From the IMG/VR virus record IMGVR_UViG_3300017909_000863, positions 1 to 41,413 of that record: a DNA stretch of 41,413 nucleotides; one strand, 5' to 3'. The stretch is from a virus. Lineage: Duplodnaviria; Caudoviricetes. This document shows positions 8,376 to 17,351 of this stretch, piece by piece (the first letter of the stretch is position 1; each line of letters begins with the position of its first letter). Below the pieces are notes generated by a model, which saw nothing but the letters and a program-made list of their open reading frames with translations, did no database searches and was not told the DNA's origin. A program made the translations under genes and the position numbers.

Positions 8376-8703
8376 TGTCTTTCTCCTTTCTTCCGAATAA
8401 GTCAATTGATACTGAATAGTAAGCTTTCGTTTGCTTATCCCATTTCAGTAATTTCATATAGCCATTATTAATTTCACCGGCCACCATGGCCGTTATGGCG
8501 ATTGCAGCGGGATCTCCCATAGCTAAAATATAGTCATCATCAGTAAAGTCTTTTAACTTTTTCCGTACAGCGGTTACTGCTCGATTAGATGAAAATACAA
8601 TTTGACTTCCGAAAGGAAAGATAACATCTAGTTCACCGAATCTAGCGGCAGGCATAACGTTCACCGATGGATTCTCTTGTACGATAAATACTTTAGAACT
8701 CAT
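8365..8703 (-). CDS. Hypothetical alpha/beta protein (possibly CARF-like Rossmann fold)
   Basis: First gene of the leftward operon, strong AGAAAGGAG RBS; DYILAMGDP and LLKWD..Y motifs. Confidence 0.65.
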   Translation of the reverse strand: MSSKVFIVQENPSVNVMPAARFGELDVIFPFGSQIVFSSNRAVTAVRKKLKDFTDDDYILAMGDPAAIAITAMVAGEINNGYMKLLKWDKQTKAYYSVSIDLFGRKEKDNVN

Positions 8704-8773
8704 TGTTTCTCCTTTCTTATTTTTTCGATATAGTATAAATTAATTTTATAAAGTATACAGAAAGAATAATATA
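8704..8773. promoter_or_regulatory. Divergent AT-rich control region between the replication operon and SNF2 helicase
   Basis: Only divergent junction in the window; two TATACT hexamers on the minus strand around near-palindromic TATAAATTAATTTTATA. Confidence 0.55.
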
Positions 8774-10249
8774 ATGACGCAAGTATCTTTTAGTGACGAT
8801 GAATTTATAGATTATAAGTATAAGACGAAACCATTTAAACATCAATGGGACGTTTTTAAAACTTCTCGTGATGAGGAATATTATGCCTTGTTTATGGAAC
8901 AAGGTACCGGTAAATCTAAAGTTATTGTAGATACGATAACTCATCTTGCAAGAAAAGGCAGTATCGATAGTGCAATTATTGTAGCACCAAAAGGTGTTTA
9001 TCGTAACTGGCTAAAGCAAGAAATACCCGTTCATATGCCTGATGATGTTCTTGATTCTATTTACATGGAGTTATGGAATCCTACTGAAACGAAAAAGAAT
9101 ATTGAACGATTAACAGAATTTATGAAGTCTAGCCATAATGGTCTTAAAGTCTTTATTATTAATATAGAAGCTTTCAGCACATTAAAAGGACTTCACTATA
9201 CACAACGTTTTCTTAATGTTCATAAGTCTATGGTTGTTATAGATGAATCATCAACAATAAAACATAAGACTGCTCGGAGAACAAAGAATCTATTAAAGAT
9301 TGCGAATATGGCAAAGTATCGTAGAATATTAACAGGAACGCCTGTAACAGCAGGACCTATAGATATCTATACTCAGATGTCTTTTCTTTCTGACGATATC
9401 TTACAATCTTCTTTTTATGGTTTTCGTAATCGTTACTGTGTCTTGCGTAGGCGAACTATTAATATGAGAACTTTTGATGAAATCGTAGATTATCAGAACT
9501 TAGATGAATTACAAGATATTTTAAAACCTTATTCTTATCGTGTAACGAAAGCTGAATGTTTAGATTTACCAGATAAAGTTTACACTAAAAGAGAAATTGA
9601 AATGACTCCGAAACAGAAGAAAGTATATGATATACTAAAACGTAAAGCATATATTGAATTATCGGAAGAAAAATCAGTAACTGCTCCTTTAGTTATTACA
9701 CGATTATTAAGATTACAACAAATCATGTGTGGCTTCGTAAAATATGATGACGGAAGAGAAGAAGAAATAGATAAAGTAAACCCTCGAATAACTGAACTAT
9801 TACAAGTGCTCGAAGAAACGGAAGGACAAGTTATTATTTGGTCTAACTATACTAGATCTATTCATGATATAGAAAAAGCTATTAAGAAACATTTACCTAA
9901 TAAAACTTGCGCCACTTATTATGGCGATACTAAATCGGAAAATAGACAAGAGATAGTAACTGAATTCCAAGCCGGCAAAATAGATTATTTCATAGGGCAA
10001 CCTAGAACGGGTGGTTATGGATTAACTTTAACTAACGCCACTACTGTTATTTATTATGCTAATAGCTATGATTTAGAAGTTAGACTACAATCGGAAGATA
10101 GACCTCATAGAATAGGCCAAACTAATAAAGTTACATATATAGATTTTGTAACTCCTAAAACTATTGATGAAAAGATATTCGAAGCTTTACGCAATAAAAA
10201 ATCTTTAGCTGATAGTATTACGGGTGATAATTGGAAAGAATGGATTTAA
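8774..10249 (+). CDS. SNF2-family (SF2) helicase
   Basis: EQGTGKS, IDESS, LTGTP, GGYGLTLT, QSEDRPHRIGQ. Confidence 0.95.
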   Translation: MTQVSFSDDEFIDYKYKTKPFKHQWDVFKTSRDEEYYALFMEQGTGKSKVIVDTITHLARKGSIDSAIIVAPKGVYRNWLKQEIPVHMPDDVLDSIYMELWNPTETKKNIERLTEFMKSSHNGLKVFIINIEAFSTLKGLHYTQRFLNVHKSMVVIDESSTIKHKTARRTKNLLKIANMAKYRRILTGTPVTAGPIDIYTQMSFLSDDILQSSFYGFRNRYCVLRRRTINMRTFDEIVDYQNLDELQDILKPYSYRVTKAECLDLPDKVYTKREIEMTPKQKKVYDILKRKAYIELSEEKSVTAPLVITRLLRLQQIMCGFVKYDDGREEEIDKVNPRITELLQVLEETEGQVIIWSNYTRSIHDIEKAIKKHLPNKTCATYYGDTKSENRQEIVTEFQAGKIDYFIGQPRTGGYGLTLTNATTVIYYANSYDLEVRLQSEDRPHRIGQTNKVTYIDFVTPKTIDEKIFEALRNKKSLADSITGDNWKEWI

Positions 10250-10470
10250 TATTCTTTATAATTTTTAATTAAAAACTCTTCTATCCAAGCCATCTTATCG
10301 TCCATTTGAACTATTTTTTCTTTTATTACAGCTACGTCTAACTGCATTTGAGTAATAGTATCTACTTTAGTTTCTACAGCTTCTAATCTAGATTTCCACA
10401 TACCCCAAGTCATAGCGAAACCCACTACCATTACAATATATGGAGTAGCTATTTTAAGGTCTATGTTCAT
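10246..10470 (-). CDS. Small membrane protein, N-terminal TM plus coiled coil
   Basis: Hydrophobic IATPYIVMVVGFAMTWGMW followed by a heptad-like segment. Confidence 0.7.
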   Translation of the reverse strand: MNIDLKIATPYIVMVVGFAMTWGMWKSRLEAVETKVDTITQMQLDVAVIKEKIVQMDDKMAWIEEFLIKNYKEY

Positions 10471-10474
10471 AGTA

Positions 10475-10957
10475 TTATTTTACAGTAGCTGACATATTAT
10501 TCAACGGATTATTCAATGCCTTATCAATGTTTAAGTTAAGATTATCTTCAATGATCTTTATTTCATTAAGTATTTCTCTTGTATCTTCTTTCTGTCTATC
10601 TTCTACATCGTTAACAATTTCTGTTATATGTCTAATATCGCCTTCCATTTGGCGTAAATCTGTTTTTAAATCATCTTTTAATTCTTTTGCTGTAGAAGCA
10701 ACTAAGCTTACTTCTTCTAATATCATAGATATTTCTGTCTTTATCATTTCTAATTCTTGCTCTACTAATGCAACTTTTTTATCAAAACCACTAAGATCAG
10801 GAGCTACAAAATTTTGTATTTGTGCTTTCATATCTAGATAATCGTCATAAAATTTATAGGCTGACCAGCCTCCACCTACGATTGCTCCTAGTAAAGATAG
10901 TATAATAAAGAATTTACCACCACTAAACTTTATGCCTTGATATTCAATACTGGCCAT
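10475..10957 (-). CDS. Membrane-anchored coiled-coil protein (i-spanin-like topology)
   Basis: One N-terminal TM (FFIILSLLGAIVGGGW) and a long acidic coiled coil; downstream of the lysis genes. Confidence 0.7.
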   Translation of the reverse strand: MASIEYQGIKFSGGKFFIILSLLGAIVGGGWSAYKFYDDYLDMKAQIQNFVAPDLSGFDKKVALVEQELEMIKTEISMILEEVSLVASTAKELKDDLKTDLRQMEGDIRHITEIVNDVEDRQKEDTREILNEIKIIEDNLNLNIDKALNNPLNNMSATVK

Positions 10958-12380
10958 TGATCATTTGTTCCATTATGTTATTTTGTGAATTACTAAACAA
11001 TATACCATATTTGTCATCTATTGTCTTTAACAAATATTCTTCTACATCTGTATCTACTATTGTGGCTTGTGAGTCAAAAAAAGTTTTAGTATTACCTAGT
11101 ATTTGCATAACAATTAAAGTTTTAGTTTGAGCAGCATTATCATATCTAGCTTTATCATCAATCTTTTTTACTATTTTAGTAGCAGCTTTTTCCTTATCTG
11201 ATATCTTAGGTTCAGATGATTTCTCTTCTTCTACCGTTTCTTTTTGATCTTCTTCTTTTTGGACTGTTTGTGGTGTTTCTTGTTCTGGTTCTTGTAATTC
11301 TTCTTGAGGTTCTTCTGTAATTTCTTCTTCAGGTTCAGCTTCAATTATTTCTATTTCAGCTTCCATTTCAGCTTCTATAGAAGCAACTTTCACTTCCATT
11401 TCAGGTTCTATATTTTCTACTTCAAAATCTATTTCTATTTCTACAGTTTCATAAGTAATATTTTCTTGTGGAGTTTCTATAGGAACAAATTCAATTTCAC
11501 CAGTTTCATCAACTTTAATATCGTTAAATTCTATAATTTCTTCTATAAGATCTATTTCAGTAGGATTTCCTATGTTTAAATAAACTATTTCTTCAACAGA
11601 AGTTATCTGTTGAGTAATAATTGTATCAATTACATTATATAATACATTAACAGTTACATCATCAAATAGTGGACCGATAGCTAAATTTATATTTCTTCCA
11701 CCAATTTCAATAGTAACTTTATTTAAAACGCCAGAGAAATCGAAACTCCCATTGTATGATTGGTAACCTGATGCAACGCCAGTGTCAGACAAGATGTCAG
11801 TGCCTGAAAAGACTGAAGTAGTTCCGTTAAATCCTGAAACGTGCATGTATATTCTATCTTGAGCATCTCTTTTATCGACTTCGATTGAATACTTTACTTG
11901 ACCGCCCTTGTCTATATTTAAATCTGATATATCAACAGTATTTATAAAAGTAGTTCCCATGCCACTAACACCCATTGTAGAAGTATTATTACCACTTCCT
12001 GTTATCTGAGCACACTTATCAGAACCTAAAGCATAACAAGAATTACCTGAAGGCATGGATGCTGGGCCCTGGCCACCCCAATCAATATCCATATCGCCTT
12101 CATATTTAGATGATACATATCCATTACCTCCGTTTAGGATGTCTCCAGAATCTTCATTTGTTACTGTTGTAGTCGTAGTTGTAGTCGTAGTAGTCGTTGT
12201 ATAGATAATTTCTGTTCCCTTATCTTCTTCAGTTTTTTCTATAGTAACTTGTTCATCAACCGTAACTCCTGGTGTACAAAGACCTTCTACATCTGGTAGA
12301 CAAGTATCGGCTTTAGAATAAAAGGATACCAGTAGTAAGAATAAACAAAGTTTTAAACAGAGCAGCATTTTGTGCATCAT
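10944..12380 (-). CDS. Secreted acidic protein with poly-Thr run and Glu-rich linker
   Basis: Start moved to ATG 12380 (AAGGAG RBS), which gives a signal-peptide-like MMHKMLLCLKLCLFLLLVSFYSKA. Paired Cys, 12 consecutive Thr, E/I/P-rich stalk. Confidence 0.7.
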   Translation of the reverse strand: MMHKMLLCLKLCLFLLLVSFYSKADTCLPDVEGLCTPGVTVDEQVTIEKTEEDKGTEIIYTTTTTTTTTTTTVTNEDSGDILNGGNGYVSSKYEGDMDIDWGGQGPASMPSGNSCYALGSDKCAQITGSGNNTSTMGVSGMGTTFINTVDISDLNIDKGGQVKYSIEVDKRDAQDRIYMHVSGFNGTTSVFSGTDILSDTGVASGYQSYNGSFDFSGVLNKVTIEIGGRNINLAIGPLFDDVTVNVLYNVIDTIITQQITSVEEIVYLNIGNPTEIDLIEEIIEFNDIKVDETGEIEFVPIETPQENITYETVEIEIDFEVENIEPEMEVKVASIEAEMEAEIEIIEAEPEEEITEEPQEELQEPEQETPQTVQKEEDQKETVEEEKSSEPKISDKEKAATKIVKKIDDKARYDNAAQTKTLIVMQILGNTKTFFDSQATIVDTDVEEYLLKTIDDKYGILFSNSQNNIMEQMINGQY

Positions 12381-12876
12381 TAAACTCCTTTTCGGGTGGT
12401 TTATTTTCGGCAATATATTCTGATTTATATTTACTGCCATCTGGTATTTCATCAGGGTTATTAGACCAATATTGTTGAGCTTCTGTTCCGATAGAACCTC
12501 TAGCAGGGCACGGGGTCCCTGCATCTGTCATAGCGTCCCAAACACGAGAGTCTTGACATAGAACAGATACTGCTGCAACCTTCATACCATAAGCATATAA
12601 ACTACGACTTAGCTTTAGTTTTTGGCATAATTCATCATCTATAACAACTCCTGTAGCTACACCAACTACATTGTTTTGCACACTAGCTCCCACACCAACT
12701 TTACATATATCACTATTATTGTTCATAATTGTAGGAGCATTTGCAGTAGGAGGTGTATTGTTAGTTACTACTGTACTAGATACAGTGTTAGTTTCAGCCC
12801 ACGTGTTCTGTATTGAAAAAAATAAAAAACCTAAAGATACGAAAGCACAGAAAAGATAAAAGTAACCTAGTTTCAT
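12313..12876 (-). CDS. Exported/membrane protein with 4 Cys in the mature region
   Basis: N-terminal hydrophobic signal, PPTANAP, DIC...ELCQKLKLSRSL...GMKVAAVSVLCQDSRV...AGTPCP, hydrophobic C-terminus. Confidence 0.7.
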   Translation of the reverse strand: MKLGYFYLFCAFVSLGFLFFSIQNTWAETNTVSSTVVTNNTPPTANAPTIMNNNSDICKVGVGASVQNNVVGVATGVVIDDELCQKLKLSRSLYAYGMKVAAVSVLCQDSRVWDAMTDAGTPCPARGSIGTEAQQYWSNNPDEIPDGSKYKSEYIAENKPPEKEFNDAQNAALFKTLFILTTGILLF

Positions 12877-13157
12877 TTTTTCTTTTTATGTTTTTTCCTT
12901 AAACTTTCTTTTCCTTTTTTAAATATACTAGCAACTTCTCTTTTGCCCATTACTTTGGCTCTTTGTTCACCAACAGTAAGGATTTGAATTTTTCTCGCAA
13001 AAGGTTTTTTAACTTTTCGCACTTTTGCAACCGTTTTCCGTGCATCAGTCGGAGTAGCAAATTTGATGCCAACAGTATCTTTTGGATTTTCATCTGTATA
13101 TAATCTTCTACCACTTCCTTTAGGTTTTTTACCGGTTCCCTTTTTTGGATCGGCCAT
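12873..13157 (-). CDS. Small basic hypothetical protein
   Basis: Lys/Arg-rich; RRLYTDENPKDTVGIKFAT motif; translationally coupled on both sides. Confidence 0.75.
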   Translation of the reverse strand: MADPKKGTGKKPKGSGRRLYTDENPKDTVGIKFATPTDARKTVAKVRKVKKPFARKIQILTVGEQRAKVMGKREVASIFKKGKESLRKKHKKKK

Positions 13158-13543
13158 TACTTTTTAAATTTTTTGATAGCAAGATCCGATACTTTTAATC
13201 CAAACGAACTAGCTATAGCTGCCAATAACGCCCATATATACCAATCAGGTAACTCATCTAAAGTTATAAATCCATCTTTTAATTTTGTAATCCATTCTGG
13301 TTTATTTAAAAATATTGCAGCAAAAACTATAATGAGTGGAATCGAGAGGATAATTGTGAACCATTCGTCACGCCAAGAATTTTGCATATTTTTTTGTGTT
13401 GCGATGGCGTAATCAATTTCGCCTTCAGCCATTTTTCTAACATGCGTTTGCTCAGCTTGAGCCATAAGTTTTTTAGTTTCGGTTTTAGTTTTAACAACGT
13501 CAACAACTCCTTTTAAAATTGTAGGAACTAAATTTAAAAGCAT
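13157..13543 (-). CDS. Holin (GTA 3TM-holin-like)
   Basis: SWRDEW followed by a TM, LPDWY followed by a second TM, basic C-terminus; adjacent to the lysozyme. Confidence 0.7.
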   Translation of the reverse strand: MLLNLVPTILKGVVDVVKTKTETKKLMAQAEQTHVRKMAEGEIDYAIATQKNMQNSWRDEWFTIILSIPLIIVFAAIFLNKPEWITKLKDGFITLDELPDWYIWALLAAIASSFGLKVSDLAIKKFKK

Positions 13544-13965
13544 TATACGTTCCTCACAATATCTGCTAAATCGTTTGCTCGATTAGGTGTTTGTTTAGCC
13601 CATCGGCTATCTAACATTTCTGCTGAAGCAGTTACATAATCTTTATTTTCTAAAGCGGCCTTAAACTTTTTAAAGCCACATAAACGAGGATAGCCTAGTT
13701 GAAAGCACATTTCTATTATAACACCATAAATATCTTCTGGATGTTCGTTCTTATCTATGAATTTATCAGCATCTCCTACTGCAGTTTCAAAATCTTTTTC
13801 AAAGTATCTCATAACAACATCATCTGAATATTCTACATTTTCTTCTAAATCATCAGATTGTAATACTAAATGCCCTACACCAAAGGTTTTAAGACCTAAA
13901 GAATCTTTATATATCTTATTTATTTTGCCTTCGTGTTTAATTATACGTTCTTTAATCGTTTCCAA
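13543..13965 (-). CDS. Endolysin, GH24/T4-lysozyme-like
   Basis: HEG...YKDSLG.KTFGVGH (E-D-T triad), MCFQLG, EMLDSRWAKQTPNRA. Confidence 0.92.
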   Translation of the reverse strand: METIKERIIKHEGKINKIYKDSLGLKTFGVGHLVLQSDDLEENVEYSDDVVMRYFEKDFETAVGDADKFIDKNEHPEDIYGVIIEMCFQLGYPRLCGFKKFKAALENKDYVTASAEMLDSRWAKQTPNRANDLADIVRNV

Positions 13966-14245
13966 AATAACACTCTCCGTCTTTTTTTACGAATAACAAT
14001 TTTACACCATATTTATCTTGTTTACTAGTAGGTTTTCTGTAGATCTTTTGTCCGTTCCTCTTTCTAAATGTTTCACTTTTAATATCTATACCTATTAGTT
14101 TTTTACCATTAAATATAACTACGTCTATAAAACCAGTAACATGAACGTTTTTAAAAACATGATAGCCTTGCTTTAATAGCCATGAAATACCAGCATATTC
14201 TGCTGATGTTCCTTTGACAACTTTACTAAGGGATTTCGTAACCAG
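13952..14245 (-). CDS. PD-(D/E)XK nuclease-like protein with non-canonical start (missed by ORF track)
   Basis: 97-codon open frame: KGTSAEYAGISWLLKQGYHVFKN...GFIDVV...IGIDIKS. No ATG/GTG/TTG near its 5' end; CTG 14245 or ACG 14239 are candidate starts. Confidence 0.7.
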   Translation of the reverse strand: MVTKSLSKVVKGTSAEYAGISWLLKQGYHVFKNVHVTGFIDVVIFNGKKLIGIDIKSETFRKRNGQKIYRKPTSKQDKYGVKLLFVKKDGECYFGND

Positions 14246-17200
14246 ATTGACCTGCTCGTTCCATTAAGCTTTTAAAAGCATTAGAAAATTGTCCGGTAAT
14301 TTCTTGCATAAATGGAGTAGCTTGAAGAACTTTTTCTCCTGTAGCGATTCCTGCTTGTTCTAAAAGTGATGCTTCATCGCCTACAGGAGGTGTTCCTAGT
14401 TCTTGAGCAGCAGTAGCTGCAATCCAACGTTCCATATTCGTTGGACTATTAAATATTCCTTTCGCTCTTTTCATAAATTCATCTACATCAGCTAAAGCTT
14501 TTCCTGATCCTTTAAATCCTTGAAGTCTAATAAAATTAGTAATACCTCGAATTAACGTTCTCTTTCTATCTAATTGACCGAGAAAGATATTTTTTAAAGC
14601 ATCAGCAGTAATATTACTTCCTACTCGTGCTCCTTGTCCTATTACATAATCATACGGTTCTAAAGCTTTACCTACGTTCTGTAATCGAATCATAAAACTT
14701 TTTCCAAATAATGCTTCATAAATAGCTCTATTTTCATTTTTTAAAAGTTGATCAATAGCTTTAGAAGAATACATTTCTCCACCAGTAAGGGTGTCTGGTC
14801 GAGTAATTTGTCTATATAGTTTTTCCATAAAATATTGTTTAATATCTTTTTCTAAATTCTTAGCTAAATCTTTTTGACCAGCTTTATTTAAATTTTCTAA
14901 AAGTTCTCCAACTGAACTCGGATTTTTTTCTAAATATCGAGTTATCGTGTAAATATCAGCGTTTCCTAAATCTCCTAAAGTTCCCTTGTTTAAATCTTTC
15001 GTTAAGTTTGATAATTTTTTTTGAGATATATCATAATCTTTTATAGTTTTAGTCGTATTTCTTAACGTGTTTTGAGTTTCTTTATCTAAGAAAGACACTG
15101 CTAACTTATTGTTTTGCATCCATTCAGAAGCTAGTTTAGTTAATTTCCCTGCGTCAGTAATAGTTCCATTACTCGTTACTTCATTTATATATTTATTTAA
15201 TATGTAGTTTTGAACTAATTCTTTCTCACCTTTTAGAGCAGTATTATTTCCTATAATAGAAAATAGTTCTTTTGCTGCAACTTCATCTTTTAAAATATTA
15301 TCAAATACATTTTTATCTGAAATTTCTAATCCTCTTTTAGTGCTTTTAAATAATTTACTTATTGCTGTCATATTGTATTCTTGACGTAAATTTTTTAAAT
15401 TAGTTAAGCTTTCTTTAATTAACAAATAATCAGTAGGGTTTAAATTTTTTTGAAGAGACCTATCTAATTCATTTCTTAGTTCTGCAGCAATACGAGATAT
15501 TTTACCAGAATCAGCGGCACCTCCAACTAATCGGGCAGCTTCATCATCTACTAATCTATTTAATCCATTAAGCATTGACATTGCTTGTTGAAACGTTAAA
15601 TTCTTAGCAGGAGCAATTCCTCTCGCTCCTTCTTTTCTTACTCCTGATGTAGATTCTAATATTTGATTTATAAGTTTAACTGTTCCTGCGTCAGCGTCAA
15701 TTAATGAATCATTTAATATTTTTCTTAAATCATATAAATCTCTTCTAAACGTTCCTGTAGATATAAAAGGTTTATTACCACCGCCGGGTATATTTTTTAA
15801 AACTGTTTTAATTGTATTATCGTAAATTTCTTTTTGAGCGTTAAAAGCATCTTTATTAGCTTTTGCTATGTTTTCTACGTTATCTACTGTAACCGTTCCA
15901 CCTTTTCCTGCTTTTGCTTCTATAACATCTAAGAAAGTATTTAGCTTATTTAAATCGAAAGCAACATCTTTTTGAGCGCCTCCGATAATTGTATTTTGAA
16001 CTACTTGAGCACTTCCTTGAGTCTTTGTTCCTATTTCTCCAATAGATTGAATCGTCCCTGTAGGAGTAACTCCTGTTTGATTAGATAGATAAGTATTAAC
16101 TGCATCGCTTGTTTCTTTTATATTATTCGATACTGTATCAAGGTATTGTTTAGAAGCTGACGGAAAATTTTTTAAATAATTTAAAACTGATTCAATTTCA
16201 GCATCTGTTAAATATTGATTCAATGTAAATTTAATTTGAGAAGCGTCTTTACCTACTAAGTCTTGAAGTTCAGCGTTAATTTGATCTCTTGCTATATTTG
16301 TAGAACGTGTTCCTGCTTGTTCTACTGTTTCTTTTGTAGCAATATTAGTAATAGCTCCAGGTACTCTTTTTCCTGTAGCAGTTGATCCGATAGCTAAAAT
16401 GCCATCAAAAACTTTTTTCATTACAGGAGTTAAAATAGCAGAAGAAAGACCTGTGAAAGCTGCATCGTCTTTTATTTGATCATATAATTCTTGAAAATCT
16501 CCATATGTATAATCTTCACCATTCATTTTCGCTAACATATAATCAGCGGTTCCTTGAACAACTATTTCTCCTATCGCTGAGCCTACACCAGCTCCTACTG
16601 CCGCTCCGCCACCGCCGCCTACTGCCGTTCCGCCAATTATTCCTACAGCATCAGCTACAATAACAGGGAGTTCTCTAGTAATAATTGCTCCTAGTTCAGT
16701 CCCTGTAACTCCTGGCATATTCGCCACTCTAAATCCTTGATCCCCTATTTTAAATAAAACAGGGTCGTATCCTGTTTCTTTATAATCAGCAGTCATTGTT
16801 TTTACAAAGTCAGGAATTGAATCTCCTAATTCACTTGCTTTTCCAACAAAAACAGCTTCTTCTGGATTTTTAGCAATAAGATATGCTCGAAGATTATCCA
16901 TTCTCTGTTTATCGTCCATACCTCCTGCTTCCATAAATAGTCTTGGAATGAAATCTAATTCATCTAAATTAATACCTGCTTGTTTTAATCTAGTTGTTTT
17001 ACTAGGAACGAATTCAGCGAAAATTTGATTTAACTCTTCTTGTGATAACTCTACTGTAGGTTGGCCAGTTTCTGCAGCGTATATTTCACCTTTTCCTGCT
17101 TGTACTGTTCCGAGTTTTTCTTCTTTCGCTTTTTGAATTATTTCTCCTATTTCATTAGCCCAATCTATGTTTCCTTCTGAAATAAGATTAGGATTTAATC

Positions 17201-17351
17201 CAGCTGCAATTAAAGCTGATTCATTTCCACCAATAGCTATTTCTTCTGTCGTTGAAATAGGAACATTGTTCGGACGATCTTCAATTATTTCGTTATTAAG
17301 AAATTGATTTAATTCGTCTTGATTTAAATTTTTAAATGTTTTACTAGGCAT
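14226..17351 (-). CDS. Large internal virion/DNA ejection protein
   Basis: 1041 aa, helical, with a Gly/Ala hydrophobic stretch (GIIGGTAVGGGGGAAVGAGVGSAIG); last of three genes after nozzle and GNAT, as in P22/T7-like podophages. Confidence 0.7.
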   Translation of the reverse strand: MPSKTFKNLNQDELNQFLNNEIIEDRPNNVPISTTEEIAIGGNESALIAAGLNPNLISEGNIDWANEIGEIIQKAKEEKLGTVQAGKGEIYAAETGQPTVELSQEELNQIFAEFVPSKTTRLKQAGINLDELDFIPRLFMEAGGMDDKQRMDNLRAYLIAKNPEEAVFVGKASELGDSIPDFVKTMTADYKETGYDPVLFKIGDQGFRVANMPGVTGTELGAIITRELPVIVADAVGIIGGTAVGGGGGAAVGAGVGSAIGEIVVQGTADYMLAKMNGEDYTYGDFQELYDQIKDDAAFTGLSSAILTPVMKKVFDGILAIGSTATGKRVPGAITNIATKETVEQAGTRSTNIARDQINAELQDLVGKDASQIKFTLNQYLTDAEIESVLNYLKNFPSASKQYLDTVSNNIKETSDAVNTYLSNQTGVTPTGTIQSIGEIGTKTQGSAQVVQNTIIGGAQKDVAFDLNKLNTFLDVIEAKAGKGGTVTVDNVENIAKANKDAFNAQKEIYDNTIKTVLKNIPGGGNKPFISTGTFRRDLYDLRKILNDSLIDADAGTVKLINQILESTSGVRKEGARGIAPAKNLTFQQAMSMLNGLNRLVDDEAARLVGGAADSGKISRIAAELRNELDRSLQKNLNPTDYLLIKESLTNLKNLRQEYNMTAISKLFKSTKRGLEISDKNVFDNILKDEVAAKELFSIIGNNTALKGEKELVQNYILNKYINEVTSNGTITDAGKLTKLASEWMQNNKLAVSFLDKETQNTLRNTTKTIKDYDISQKKLSNLTKDLNKGTLGDLGNADIYTITRYLEKNPSSVGELLENLNKAGQKDLAKNLEKDIKQYFMEKLYRQITRPDTLTGGEMYSSKAIDQLLKNENRAIYEALFGKSFMIRLQNVGKALEPYDYVIGQGARVGSNITADALKNIFLGQLDRKRTLIRGITNFIRLQGFKGSGKALADVDEFMKRAKGIFNSPTNMERWIAATAAQELGTPPVGDEASLLEQAGIATGEKVLQATPFMQEITGQFSNAFKSLMERAGQSGYEIP

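Noticed and set aside
12381-12524. N-terminal 48 aa of the 526-aa ORF
   Set aside because: Deep overlap with the upstream gene; ATG 12380 has an RBS and exposes a signal peptide.
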